From: Octopus vulgaris
Lineage: Eukaryota
Assembly: GCA_951406725.2 (NCBI GenBank)
Contig: OX597826.1
Span: 61,132,001 to 61,196,000 of the forward strand
Length of the DNA stretch: 64,000 nt
Direction of reading: 5' to 3'
This document shows positions 1 through 13,370 of this stretch, piece by piece. A program made the translations under genes and the position numbers. The notes below the pieces were generated by a model. That model was given only the letters and a program-made list of their open reading frames with translations, ran no database searches and was not told the DNA's origin. Positions within the stretch are counted from its first letter, which is position 1, and each line of letters opens with the position of its first letter.

Positions 1-120
1 ATACATACATACATACATACATACATACATAGGGAGAATTCACGAAAAAACAAAAGACGAAGACAGGTGGTGTAGAAAACAAACAGATGTATTAGTATAA
101 CGCTCATGAATAGAAAAAGT

Positions 121-156
121 CTTTAACGTTTCGAGCTTACGCTCTTCCACAGGAAG
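121..156 (-). ncRNA. Hammerhead-ribozyme-like motif (variant core CUGUGGA) in a short dispersed repeat; second copy at 5285-5320
   Basis: cuuc-CUGUGGA-a-GAGC-guaa-GCUC-GAAA-CG-U-U-aaag. Confidence 0.45.
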
Positions 157-239
157 GAACACAGAGAGAAACAAGGAGAGAGAAAAATGTGTGTAGTGGC
201 TACCGATCTATCATGGCGACATACATGCATACATACATA

Positions 240-376
240 TAAGCATAATTACTTATATGTATACATATGTATCAACATAATCCAATCATAAATCAATCTA
301 TCCATCCATCCATCCCTACGTACATATATACATACACATACACACACATACATACATACATACATACATACATACA

Positions 377-410
<34 letters not shown>

Positions 411-730
411 CGTACATACATACAAGACCATTTTATCGTTGATATCTAAATTCCAATGAAAGAATCTTGTTTCTAGGCTAGAAACCGGCTCTTTCCCCCA
501 TTGATTAGAAATTCGGAAACCAAAATTCGAAAAATACATACATACATACTTACGTACACACACGTTTATATACATGAACACTCGCATACAAAAATACATG
601 TTTACACAAACAAACGCGTGTGTATATGTTGTGATTTTTCTGAAGCCGTCTGTTCATGTAAACCGTGTATGTAAGTAGGTAAGTCTATGCGCGTGTGCAT
701 GTGTGCGTGTGAGTGCGCGTATGTGTGCGT

Positions 731-789
<59 letters not shown>

Positions 790-1171
790 AGAAATAGAAG
801 GTCGTCCAATTAATGTAAAGAGGTCAAAGGTTATTGGATTGTCAATGTTTCAATGTTTTGCGTTAGTTACAATTGATTGGATGAACTACGTTCAGGAGGC
901 ATTAAACTATGCGTCTGTTGAGCTACATGTGTGTGTGTGTGTGTGTGTATATATATGTGGAGCGCTGCACTAGCTATAGTGTGTGTATATGTGTAAGGTA
1001 AACAAACAGACAATACTGTATGATGGCGTACAAGAGAGTGGTATGCAATGTTAATGGTTGGTATGTATTTGTCTATTCTATGTTTTATGAACAATAAATT
1101 GCGTATTTAAATATATATCTAAATGTGTGGGAGTGTGGTATGCGCATAAGCACGCGCGTGGGTATTTAACA

Positions 1172-1224
<53 letters not shown>

Positions 1225-1293
1225 TGTGTGCATACATGCGAACAATACAAGGTGGAGAAAATAACACCAGAATAACAAAACAGTATATGTATA

Positions 1294-1339
<46 letters not shown>

Positions 1340-1386
1340 CACACCCACATCACATACATATATATACATACATACACATACATACA

Positions 1387-1422
<36 letters not shown>

Positions 1423-1619
1423 TATATACATGTGCGCGTCTGACTGTGTGCGCGCGCGCATGTGTTTATACATACATATTTTTAGATATATCTAAAGATG
1501 TATACTTACGTATGGACACATACTATTACATGTGTGTATGTATATAAATATGTGTATATATCTATCTATCTATATATATATATATACACACATATGTATA
1601 TATACAATTATATATACAT

Positions 1620-1704
<85 letters not shown>

Positions 1705-1813
1705 GATAAACACATATATTTTAGATATATTTATAGATGTATACTTACAAACGTTCACTTACTATAACATGTGTGTGTATATATATATGTGTGTGCGTGT
1801 TTGCGCGCGTGCA

Positions 1814-1865
<52 letters not shown>

Positions 1866-2299
1866 TATATGATATATATACACACACACACACATATATG
1901 AATATATGTAGCTATATATATATACATATATATATAAAAACATATATACACACATACACACACAAACACACTCAAACACACACATACACACATGCAGATA
2001 CACACATATACAAGCAACCCATGGTCGTATATATTAAATTAAATATCTATTAAAATTACAGCAGACATTAATTAGGATGTGGAATTTATAATAACCTGGT
2101 CTACGATATATTGTGGCCGCGGGCAAGAAAGTTTCCTCTCTCTCTAGCGACGATTGAAACAAACGCATGAAACGTCAGTACTAATGACTGGCATAATTTT
2201 AATAGATATCTAATTTCTATAACTGTAGATTGCCCGGCTTCAACAGTACACGCATACATATATACATACATACATATATATACATACACACACACACAC

Positions 2300-2348
<49 letters not shown>

Positions 2349-3556
2349 CATACATACAAACATGCACACACACATATATATATATATATACATATATACA
2401 TACATATATATATATACACACATATATATACATACACATATATATATATACACATATATACATACATATATATACACATATATACATACATATATATATA
2501 TATACACATATATACATACATATATATATATACATGTATACATACATATATATATATACATGTATACATACATATATATATACATATATATATATATATA
2601 CATATATAGATACATATATATATACATATATACATATATATATATATACATATATACATACATATATATATATACATATATACATACATATATATATATA
2701 CATATATACATACATATATATATATACATATATGCATACATATATATATATATACATATATACATACATATATATATATATATATATACATATATACATA
2801 CATATATATATATACATATATACATACATATATATATATACATATATACATACATATATATATATACATATATACATACATATATATACATATATACATA
2901 CATATATATATATACATATATACATACATATATATACATATATACATACATATATATATATATACATATATACATACATATATATATATATACATATATA
3001 CATGTATATATATATACCTATATACATACATATACATACATATATATATATATATACATATATACATATACATACATATATATATATATATATACATATA
3101 TACATACATATACATACATATATATATATATATACATATATACATACATATACATACATATATATATATATATATATACATATATACATACATATATATA
3201 TATATATATATACATATATACATACATATATATATATACATATATACATACATATATATATATATATACATACATATATATATATATATACATATATATA
3301 TACATATAAATACATATACATATATATATATATATACATATACATATACATATATATATAAATATATATATATATATACATATATATATGTATATATATA
3401 CATATGCATATATTATATATACATATACATACATATACATATATATATATATATAATATATACATACATATATATATATACACACACATATATATGTACA
3501 CATGCACACACACACACATATATATATATATATAAATATACACACACACATACACG

Positions 3557-3597
<41 letters not shown>

Positions 3598-3814
3598 ACA
3601 TACATATATATGAACATATAAACACATACATATATATGAACATATAAAGTTATTTATATGTATATATATATATGTGTGTGTGTGTATGTAGACGTAGATA
3701 TATTTAAAGAGAGAGAGAGAGATTTATATATTCATATATATACAGATAATTATATACACATTATACAGATATCTATGTACATAGATATACATTGATGTTC
3801 ATTAACATGCGTAC

Positions 3815-3893
<79 letters not shown>

Positions 3894-4003
3894 TGTATGT
3901 ATGCATATATATAAAGAGAGAGAGAGGAAAATATATATTCATATTTACATACACACATGTACATATATATATTTATATATATATATATATATATACATAC
4001 ACT

Positions 4004-4053
<50 letters not shown>

Positions 4054-4060
4054 CACTTAT

Positions 4061-4093
<33 letters not shown>

Positions 4094-4155
4094 ACAATTT
4101 AATAAATGAAACATATACATACATACATACATACATACATACATACATACATACA

Positions 4156-4188
<33 letters not shown>

Positions 4189-4230
4189 GTACATACCTAC
4201 ATCTATATGTATATATACATGTATATATGG
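240..4230. repeat. Compound microsatellite field: (TA)n, (CA/TG)n, (TACA)n, (TAGA)n, (GA)n; densest at about 2250-3680
   Basis: Directly visible; the source of the YI/CV/HT-repeat ORFs in the track. Confidence 0.98.
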
Positions 4231-4811
4231 GTACAGGACACCACAAAAAAACGTAGAACACAACGAGACACGAAAACATAAAAACAAAACATGGAAAAGG
4301 ACTTTTTTTAACAACGAAAAACCAGAGTACAAAATATACAACACAAGGAATATTCCCCCTCTTCAGCTGCCCCTCTTTCGACTTATTGCGTGTTTCGAAG
4401 GTAAGAGCAGGACACATAATCAAAATAAGCAGCAAGGATATCCAAAGGTAGTGTAGTACAATCGTTTCATGCTACTTAATTTAATTAAACAATGTAAGAA
4501 TTACATCAGTTTTAAAATGTAGAGCAATCTTCAGCCACATATGGAATTTTTTAAATTAAATTGACAATGCTCATTTTTATACTTATTCCATTTGCCAACA
4601 TTACAAAGAGGGTAGGTATATTGACAGAGATGTGAAATTCATCAGTAAAAACATGGTAGTAAAAGATCTTTACTCGTGGGTAGATTTCTTATCACTGAAT
4701 TTACTATGTTATTTAGATTTACCATTGGGGAGGGGGTTTCTGTGACCGCGTGTGTACCGTTGGCGATTTTTTTCCTCTGTCTTCCCTTTTCTGAATCTTT
4801 CCTTCTCCTAT

Positions 4812-4846
4812 GTTTCCGACGAAGAGCTCCGCTCGAAACGTTAAAC
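4812..4846 (+). ncRNA. Minimal type-I hammerhead-like motif (core CCGACGA)
   Basis: GUUU-CCGACGA-a-GAGC-ucc-GCUC-GAAA-CG-U-U-AAAC: stems I and II pair, stem III is the ACGU palindrome. Confidence 0.55.
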
Positions 4847-4941
4847 CCTCCTTCTTTCCTTCTTTCCTGAGCGTCCAATAATACTATATTTGTTCCACGT
4901 CCTCGCGTTGTTGTGTTTTTCACGTGCTTTCTTGTTTGGAT

Positions 4942-5005
<64 letters not shown>

Positions 5006-5149
5006 CAAAGATAATCTGGAACTCGACTGAGGAAAGAAAACACACCATGATTTGTCCACGCTTCCTTGTATCGACTATCTGAATGTTTTGTTGCCCCTTT
5101 TTTTGTATCACTTAACTGTCTTGATGTTTTGCGATCTTGTCCTATTTTG

Positions 5150-5194
<45 letters not shown>

Positions 5195-5385
5195 AAAATT
5201 CACAAAAAAAAAAACAAAAGACGAAGACAGCTCGTGTAGACAACAAGCAGATGTATTAGCTTAACGCTCGGTAAGTGAAAAAGTCTTTAACGTTTCTAGC
5301 CTACACTCTTCCACAGAAAGGAACATACGTACATATATACATACATACATAAATACATCCATACATATATACATACATACATATA

Positions 5386-5417
<32 letters not shown>

Positions 5418-5658
5418 CATATATACATATATATATATATACATATATTAGAAGAAATGAGGTAATCAGAAGATGGGATGGTTTATATTTACAGATATTT
5501 ATTTATATATTACATTTTTTACATATACATCATATCACTTAGATCATTAGCGCTTTCTCCCATTCTAGTGTGGTTTTCAAATCAAAATAATTCCTTTGTG
5601 GGGAATTTTAATCATTTTATAGAGTTTCGTAGTGGTGGGGAGGAACAAGACAGCACAA

Positions 5659-5723
<65 letters not shown>

Positions 5724-6440
5724 CATACATACATACATACATACATACATACATACATACATACATACATTTCTTGCAGCAATGTTGTTGCAGTTTCGAC
5801 CCCTTTGTGACAAAACCGTCCAACTAGCCGAGTTGAAGGCGGCGAACTGGCAGAATCTTCAGCAGCCTAAATGCAATGCTTTTATGTTTTGAATTCAAGC
5901 TCTGCCGTTGTCGACTCTGCCTTTCATTCTTTCGGGGTTGATAAAATTAGTACAATTTACAGACTGGGGTCGGTTCAATTGACTTACCCGCCTCCCGAAA
6001 ACAGCCGGCTTTGTGCCAAAATTTAAAATCAATATCTTAGTTGGGTTGATGTCGGCGAACTAGTAAAATCGTTACTACACCAGGTAAAATGCTTAGCGGC
6101 ATTTCGCCCAGCTTACGTGTTCGGAGTTCAAATTCCGTGATGTCGACTTTGCTTTTATTCTTTCGGTGTCGATAAAAACAAGCTCTGCAACGAGTTCAAT
6201 GTAGTCGACTTATTCGTTGTCCCGACATTTCAGACATTGCACCTATATTAGAAAGGAATATCTTAGCTGGCCCTCGTATGCATATATGTATATGCACAAA
6301 GACAGATGGATGTATGGGCGGGCGGGCGGACGGACGGACGGACGGACGGACGGACGGACGGACGGACGGACGGACGGACGGATGGATGGATGGATGGATG
6401 GATGGATGGATGGATGGATACCTACCTACCTACCTACCTA

Positions 6441-6848
6441 CCTATTTCTTTATTACCCACAAGGGGCTAAACATAGAGGGGACAAACAAAGACAGACATA
6501 GGTATTAAGTCGATTATATCGACCCCAGTGCATAACTGGTACTTAATTTATCGACCCCGAAAGAATGAAAGGTAAAGTCGACCTCGGCGAAATTTGAACT
6601 CACAACGTAACGGCAGACAAAATACCTTTTTCTTTACTACCCACAAGGGGCTAAACAAAGAGAGAACAAACACGGACAGACAAACGGATTAAGTCGATTA
6701 TATCGACCCCAGTGCGCAACTGGTACTTATTTAATCGACCCCGAAAGGATGAAAGGCAAAGTCGACCTCGGCGGAATTTGAACTCAGAACGTAGCGGCAG
6801 ACGAAATACCGCTAAGCATTTCGCCCGGCGTGCTAACGGTTCTGCCAG
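6441..6848 (-). mobile_element. tRNA-related SINE 'family B' with a tandemly duplicated 3' part
   Basis: GGCAGAA..GTTAGCAC..GAGTTCAAATTCC head and GCCTTTCATCCTTTCGGGGTCGA..AAGTACCAG central domain (resembles the Meta-SINE domain, from memory). Other copies at about 5835-6250, 11870-12078, 14367-14572, 21790-21990, 24400-24590, 35516-35755, 41040-41450, 56830-57240, 60657-60930 and 61570-61805. Confidence 0.85.
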
Positions 6849-7289
6849 GATACCACAACGCAAGTAAAACGTAAAACCTGACAACTTCAGACAGGTCTCC
6901 GTTGTATTTACCTGTTTTTCTTCTTATCCTGTCTTCTTTCGTATCTCACCTTTTCTCTTATACTCATTTCTGTCTCTGTCTACAACATCCCATCTCCAGC
7001 AAGACATTGCTTCTTGGCACTAATATTGTTTGATGAATTACAAATAATTCAAAACAAAACATTAAAGAATTAAAAATATCAAAATTTAAATAAACTTTAA
7101 AACATTAAATACAAATTAATTAAAAGAAAAAAATTTTTAAACATTAATTAACTAAATTGAATTTAAAGAACAATAAAATAATAAAATAGAAAAATACAAT
7201 CATAATAATAAAACGAAAACTAAAAAGAAAGCAAAGAATAAAATAAAATAAAATAATAATAATAAGGAAAATGGAGGTAGAAGATGTTG

Positions 7290-8012
7290 CAAGAGAGAGT
7301 AGGGATGTTAAGTCCAAACGGTATATGAGTTCGATGAGAGAAGATGTGGTACTGTTCTTGGTGAAGTCTAGTGGTGGTAGTTCCATGGTGAAAGGCCAGG
7401 CCGAAGACAGCAATATTTTCGGTGGTGTGGTTGATAGAGCAAAAGTGACGAACGATGGGAGTATATTTTTGGGAGAGGATATCCCGTAGATGTGCCGTAA
7501 ATCTGTCGGCTAGACGACGACCCGACTGACCATCATATAAAGAGTCGCAAAGGGCGCATTTGAGGAAATAGGCAATGTTGGCCGCGATATATAAGAGAAA
7601 CAGTCCCGTATGTGGATAATGTATAGGTTGGCTCCAGTGATGGAGGTGGTGTTGGTGATAAACGGACAGGTGTCACAACGGGATCTGGAACAAAGGGAGG
7701 ATCCAGGATGAATGGCAGTGTGGAAGGGGAGAGAGCTATGGTCCAGAAAGTCGCATAGGTTACGGGAGCGTTTGAAGTTGGTGGGAAAAAAACAGGGGGA
7801 TAGTAGGATCGGATTGAAAACGACGGAAGGCCGGTAGGAATTTCCGACGAAAGGGGAGAGTGGAGCGATGGAAAAGGAGGGGAAAGATGATGCGGCTGGG
7901 AGACAGGTATGGGGAAGGAGTGATGGCTGTGGTCCGATCAGTTTGGCGGGCGCAGGCAAGGGCTGTCTGGACAAGAGTGGAGGGTGTTCGCGACGAGTGA
8001 TGAGACGGGCCA
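7290..8012 (-). mobile_element. Penelope-like retroelement remnant: frameshifted GIY-YIG endonuclease region
   Basis: FKRSRNLCDFL...CSRSRCDTCPFI, then in another frame ANIAYFLKCALCDSLYDGQSGRRLADRFTAHLRDI...VRHF...PFGLN. This is the PLE GIY-YIG layout with a degenerate YIG. Confidence 0.85.
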
Positions 8013-8084
8013 AGCTATTTATGTATCTTAATTAATGTCATTAGCCCCAGTTATATTCACTGTTTCCTATATTAATGGCTATGT

Positions 8085-8495
8085 AGGCGTAGGAGTGGCT
8101 GTGTGGTAAGTAGCTTGCTTACGAACCACATAGTTCCGAGTTCAGTCCCACTGCGTGGCACCTTGGGCAAGTGTCTTCTACTATAGCTTCGGGCCGATTA
8201 AAGCCTTGTGAGTGGATTTGGTAGACAGAAACTGAAAGAAGCCCGTCGTATATATGTATATATGTATGTGTGTGTATGTTTGTGTGTCTATGTTTGTCAT
8301 CCCAACATCGCTTGACAACCGATGCTGGTGTGTTTACGTCTCCGTAACTTAGCGGTTTGGCAAATGAGACCGATAGAATAAGTAGTAGGCTTACAAAGAA
8401 TAAGTTCTTGGGTCGATTTGCTCGACTAAAGGCGGTGCTCCTGCATGGCCACAGTCAAATGACTGAAACAAGTAAAAGTGTAAAAGAGAGTAAAG
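8085..8495 (+). mobile_element. tRNA-derived SINE 'family A' (CORE-like CCTTGGGCAAGTG segment, internal TA/TG tract)
   Basis: A-box-like TGGCTGTGTGG and B-box-like GGTTCAGTCC. Copies at about 9128-9580 (+), 10790-11170 (-), 14750-15148 (-), 26350-26490 (+, partial), 28712-28850 (+, partial), 31880-32610 (-, interrupted), 33343-33690 (+), 37975-38335 (-), 38628-39045 (+) and 62480-62820 (-). Confidence 0.88.
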
Positions 8496-8717
8496 AGTAT
8501 ATATGACCGGCGGTGAATACGTGCAATAAAATAGAAATGTCCAAATAAACAGAAATGCGTCTAACGTATTCACTGGCCACGGGTGGGACGAATTTTCGTT
8601 TCCCTTCGATATCTGATAATTAACACAGCACGTCTGTACAGCATCAACTGACCCATCAACAGTATGTTTGTGTGTGTGTGTGTGTGTGTGTGAGTGTGCA
8701 TGTATGTATATACATAT

Positions 8718-9022
8718 GTGATCTCCGTGACCGACCAGGCTATCAGTGTTGTTACACATCGCTGGTCACAATGCGCTTCGCATTGTTTTAGCCTTCAAAT
8801 GACGCCACCCCGCTGGCTAAGCGAGCAGGCCAACAGAAGAAAGAGTGAGAGAAAGTTGTGGCGAAAGAGTACAGCAGGGATCGCCAGCACCCCCTGCCGG
8901 AGCCTCGTGGAGCTTTAGGTGTTTTCGCTCAATAAACACTCACAACGCCCAGTCTGGGAATCGAAACCGCGATCCTACGACCGCGAGTCCGCTGCCCTAA
9001 CCACTAGGCCATTGCGCCTCCA
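8718..9022 (-). mobile_element. tRNA-derived SINE 'family D'
   Basis: Head GGAGGCGCAATGGCCTAGTGGTTAGGGCAGCGGACTCGCGG..GGTTTCGATTCC is nearly identical to 62057-62160 (+). A body fragment recurs at about 17440-17555. Confidence 0.8.
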
Positions 9023-9597
9023 CATATATATACATATGTGTGTGTGTTAATATATGTGTGAGTATGTGTGTTTATGTATACATATATGTGTGTGTGAGTA
9101 AGTATGTATGTGTGTATATGTGTGTATGCAGCAGTGACTGTGTGGTAAGAAACTTGTTTCCCAGCCACACGGTTCCGGATTCAATTCCACTTCGTGGTAC
9201 ATCTGGCAAGTGTGTTCTACTATATCCTATGACTGGGCAAAGCCTTGTAACAGTATTTGGAAGACGGAAGCTGAAAGGAATCTGTCGAATGTGTGTGTGT
9301 GTGTGTGTGTGTGTCTGTGTTTGTGTGTGTATTTGTATGTGTGTGTTTGTGTGGCACTGTGTGTGTCTTTGTATATCTTTGAGTCTGTCTTTGTCCCTCA
9401 CTACTGCTTGACAACCGGTGTTGGTGTGTTTACGTCCTCGTAATTTAACGGTTCAGCAAAATCGTGCGATAGCATAAGTGTCAGACTTCAAAAATCAGTA
9501 CTGGGGTCGATTCATTCGACTAAAGGCCTTTCGAAGCGGTGCCCCAGCATGGCCGTATTCTAATGACTGAAGCAAATAAAAGATAGTACACACACAC

Positions 9598-9699
<102 letters not shown>

Positions 9700-12380
9700 T
9701 ATGTGTGTGTGTGTGTGTGAGGGATGACCACTAAGTGGACATCCATTTTGCTAGAAGTTGACCCCCTATGGTATTACCACTAAGAAAATTTGGTTTGTAA
9801 TTAATCTGTATATTTTGTATCATTTCATTTGGCTTGCTCGCTTACGTTCTGGCGTTTGCTAAATTTTCTTAAGAACAATCCTTTCTCAGTGGTAAGATCA
9901 TAGGGGGTTGACTTCTAGCATAATGGATGTCCACTTAGTGGTCATCCCACTTATATTTATGTAATATAATTTTTCTGAATCTTCAGATTTTTCTATATGC
10001 TAGACCACTGGTATTAAATTCATATTAATCAAATTAATATTCAATTTTTCACCCCTATTATTTTATATATATGTGTGTGTATGTATATATATATATATAT
10101 ATATACATACATGTATTAGCCAAGGATCGAGTTGTAGGAAGTAAGTGAGTTCAAGCAATCCGCAGAAACTGTAAAAAAAAAAAACTTTCAGGAACAATGC
10201 AGATTTATCAGGGCGGAAGGCTGTGAACTTTTCCGTATCGAACAACGATAAACTGAAAAAATTATTTCCTATCTCACGGTTGGCAACCACAGTTGACGGA
10301 TATTCGAATAAAATTCCCAAAGTTAAGAAATAGAGTAGACACAATCTGGGCTACATATGTTTCATAGCGAGCGGAACCTCGGAAGCGGTATATAGCCAAG
10401 GGAGGTGTGTATCGCAGGCTACTCGTCAGGCTAAGGATATCTTCATTATGTGTCGTTTACATTGTCGTTAAGAGACCCATGTTAATACATGGAGGATTCG
10501 ATCAGAATGCGTAGACAGTGGAGTTTGAGTGGGGAATATAATTGTGAAAAGAAATTAGGAATATGAGAAAAGAAAAAAGAAAATATATAAAGGAGTGGGA
10601 AAGTTTGCAAGTAATGAATTCAAGTGGGGGTCGTTTAACAGGTTTTCAATAAGACCATTTAAACCCAGTAGGAGAGAGAGAAAGAGGAAGTGATAGTATG
10701 TATGTATGTATACGCATATTCACATATATATGTATGATATATACCTGTGTGCGTCTATTAATATATATATTTCTTTCTTTTACTTATTTCAGTCATTTGA
10801 CTGCGGCCATGCTGGAGCACCGCCTTTAGTCGAGCAGATCGACCCCGGGACTTATTCTTTGTAAGCCCAGTACTAATTCTATCGATCTCTTTTGCCGAAC
10901 CGCTAAGTGACGGGGACGTAAACAAACCAGCATCGGTTGTCAAGCAATGCTAGAGGGACAAACACAGACACACAAACATATACACACACATACATATACA
11001 TATATATACATATATACGACAGGCTTCTTTCAGTTTCCGTCTACCAAATCCACTCACAAGGCTTTGGTCGGCCCGAGGCTATAGTAGAAGACACTTGCCC
11101 AAGATGGCCACGCAGTGGGACTGAACCCGGAACCAAGTGGTTGGTTAGCAAGCTACTTACCACACAGCCAAAAGATGCAAACATACGCATACACATACAT
11201 ACACACATACACTCATATCCGGTTTATGCAGTTGATGCAGTATTGTACATATATACACACACACTGTGTGACACACATACTCACTCACACTTCGCACGCA
11301 AGACCTTTGTTTATGACATGGAATTTCCTTTTGTTTGTTTTTTCTTCAGAGAAATTGAACTCTTTTTTCCTATTTGATGTAATAAACGTTTCCTTTGTGC
11401 TGTCGCTTCAGCGTACAATATTCGATTAGCTATTCATTTCAGCTAATCGAAGAACACAATTCGATTAGCTATTCTTTTGACCTAATCGAACGACAATTAG
11501 TCACCTTCAGGTATACTTAACAGTTCTAGGAAATAAAAAAAAATTTTTTTTTTCAATCTCGCTCAAAATGCGTGGGCTACACACACGCGCGCGCACACAT
11601 GTCAATCATGAGTTACTTCCCTTGAACACATGCGTTTCGCAGTAAGTTTTGAAGAGTTATTTCCCTTACATCTATAAAACAATTATTTTCCTTGTTATTA
11701 TAACAAGCGTTGCTCCCGTCAAATTAGGAATTATTTATAATGTGATACAAAGGGATCAGTTCTTTAGAGTCAATCTTTGAGCATGTTTAAGAACAAGTTA
11801 GAACATAATTATGCTATCAATATGATTTATGTTAATTAATAGATTTATGCTAATATAAACAACATATTCTTTTCTACACTAGGCACAAGGCCCGAAATTT
11901 TGGGGGAGGCGGCCAGGCGATTAGATTGATTCCAGTACGCAACTGGTACTTAATTGATCGACTCCAAAAGGATGAAAGGCAAAGTCGACCTCGGCGGAAT
12001 TTGAATTCAGAACATAAAGACAGACGAAATGCCGCTAAGCATTTCGCCCGGTGTGCTAACGTTTCTGCCATCTCACCGTCTTTCCGTCGACTAAATTTTC
12101 CTACCACATTAGCTTTCAACACAACACCTGAAGATGTTTTATTCTATGAGAACATTAACTGATGCATCTATAACCAATTTTAACATACTGCGGTTCAACA
12201 GAAGATTCTTCTGTTGTTATACTTCCTGATTGCCTCTGAGACCGTTGGATGGACGGACGGACATACATACATACATACATACATACATACATACATACAT
12301 ACATACATACATACATACATACATACATACATACATACATACATACATACATACATACATACATACATACATACATACGC

Positions 12381-13370
12381 ATGCTCCTCGAGAAGCACTA
12401 TCTCTCTGATGATCTCCTATGCAGCCCCAAAACAGCTGAGTTCACTTACCTTAGAGAAGACCTGGATAGAAACTACTTAGCATTCAAAAAAAAGACTATG
12501 CATAGGTATGTTGCCCGGAAGCGTGAAGGAGACAGTAGAATTGGCACGAAACGCAGCCTCTCTTGGACACATGACTACTACATCACATCACACTTTGAAG
12601 GCTATACGTTTGCATTCCAGGAACAGGAGATTGCCACAAAGTACCTGGTGAACAAGGGGTACAATGAGACTCTTATAATCCCAAGGTAAAATTGCATGTG
12701 TAGGCTGTCATGTTTTTGTGGAAGACATCACGCATGTGATTAGCAGGTGTCCTAAAATGTCGTCGCGGTATTCCCTATGCGGCACAATGTTGTTGCGAAA
12801 ACAATTTAAAATGCCATCCGCAAAAAAAAAACTGTCCTGAAATAAACTTAGAAAATCCCTCTGTTATGGAATACATTTATAAACACCAACTCAAGGAATA
12901 CTGGTGGAATATTCCTACCAAAACTTCTGTCAAACGTAAACAAAACAAGCTGAATATTGTTGTTTGGGACAGAGGAGCAAAGGTATGTACCATCATAGAA
13001 GTCAACTGCCCTGCAGATATAAATATATCTTTGAAAGACAAAGATAAAGAGGATGTCTATGGACAACTGTTTCGAAACCTCCCTCCAGACTATGAATTCA
13101 TATTTATACAAATGATAATTGGAGCACTAGGTTTTGTTAGTAAATGATTAAAGGAGAATCTGGATAAACTGGGATTTTCAGAAAGAGAACTCGACCGGCT
13201 AATTCGTACAAGTACAATCCGTGAGTGGAATAGTAAAAATATGCAAGACTTTTCTCAAGTTCCAAATGTGAATTTGTCTGTGTAAACTACATCCCAAAGA
13301 TGGAGCCTTGTATCTTTGTTGGAAACCGGCTCTCTCTTCAGTGGAAGATTTATAATAATTAAAAAATAGA
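12381..13370 (+). mobile_element. 5'-truncated, decayed R4/Dong-like non-LTR retrotransposon (CCHC finger plus restriction-like endonuclease)
   Basis: FAFQEQEIATK, CRLx..VEDITHVISRC..RHNVVAK, WWNIP..NIVVWD..IIEVNCPADIN..KEDVYGQL and IIGALG across frameshifts; short TAA-like tail; (TACA)n on both sides. Confidence 0.82.

Noticed and set aside
249-6508. Long ORFs up to 508 aa rich in Y/I/C/V/H/T/M
   Set aside because: Translations of (TA)n, (TACA)n and (CA)n microsatellites, which lack stops in several frames.
7026-7065. Further hammerhead-like traces (TGATGA-ATT..AATTC-AAAAC; also about 4500-4540 on the minus strand)
   Set aside because: Too many core and stem defects to call without a family consensus.
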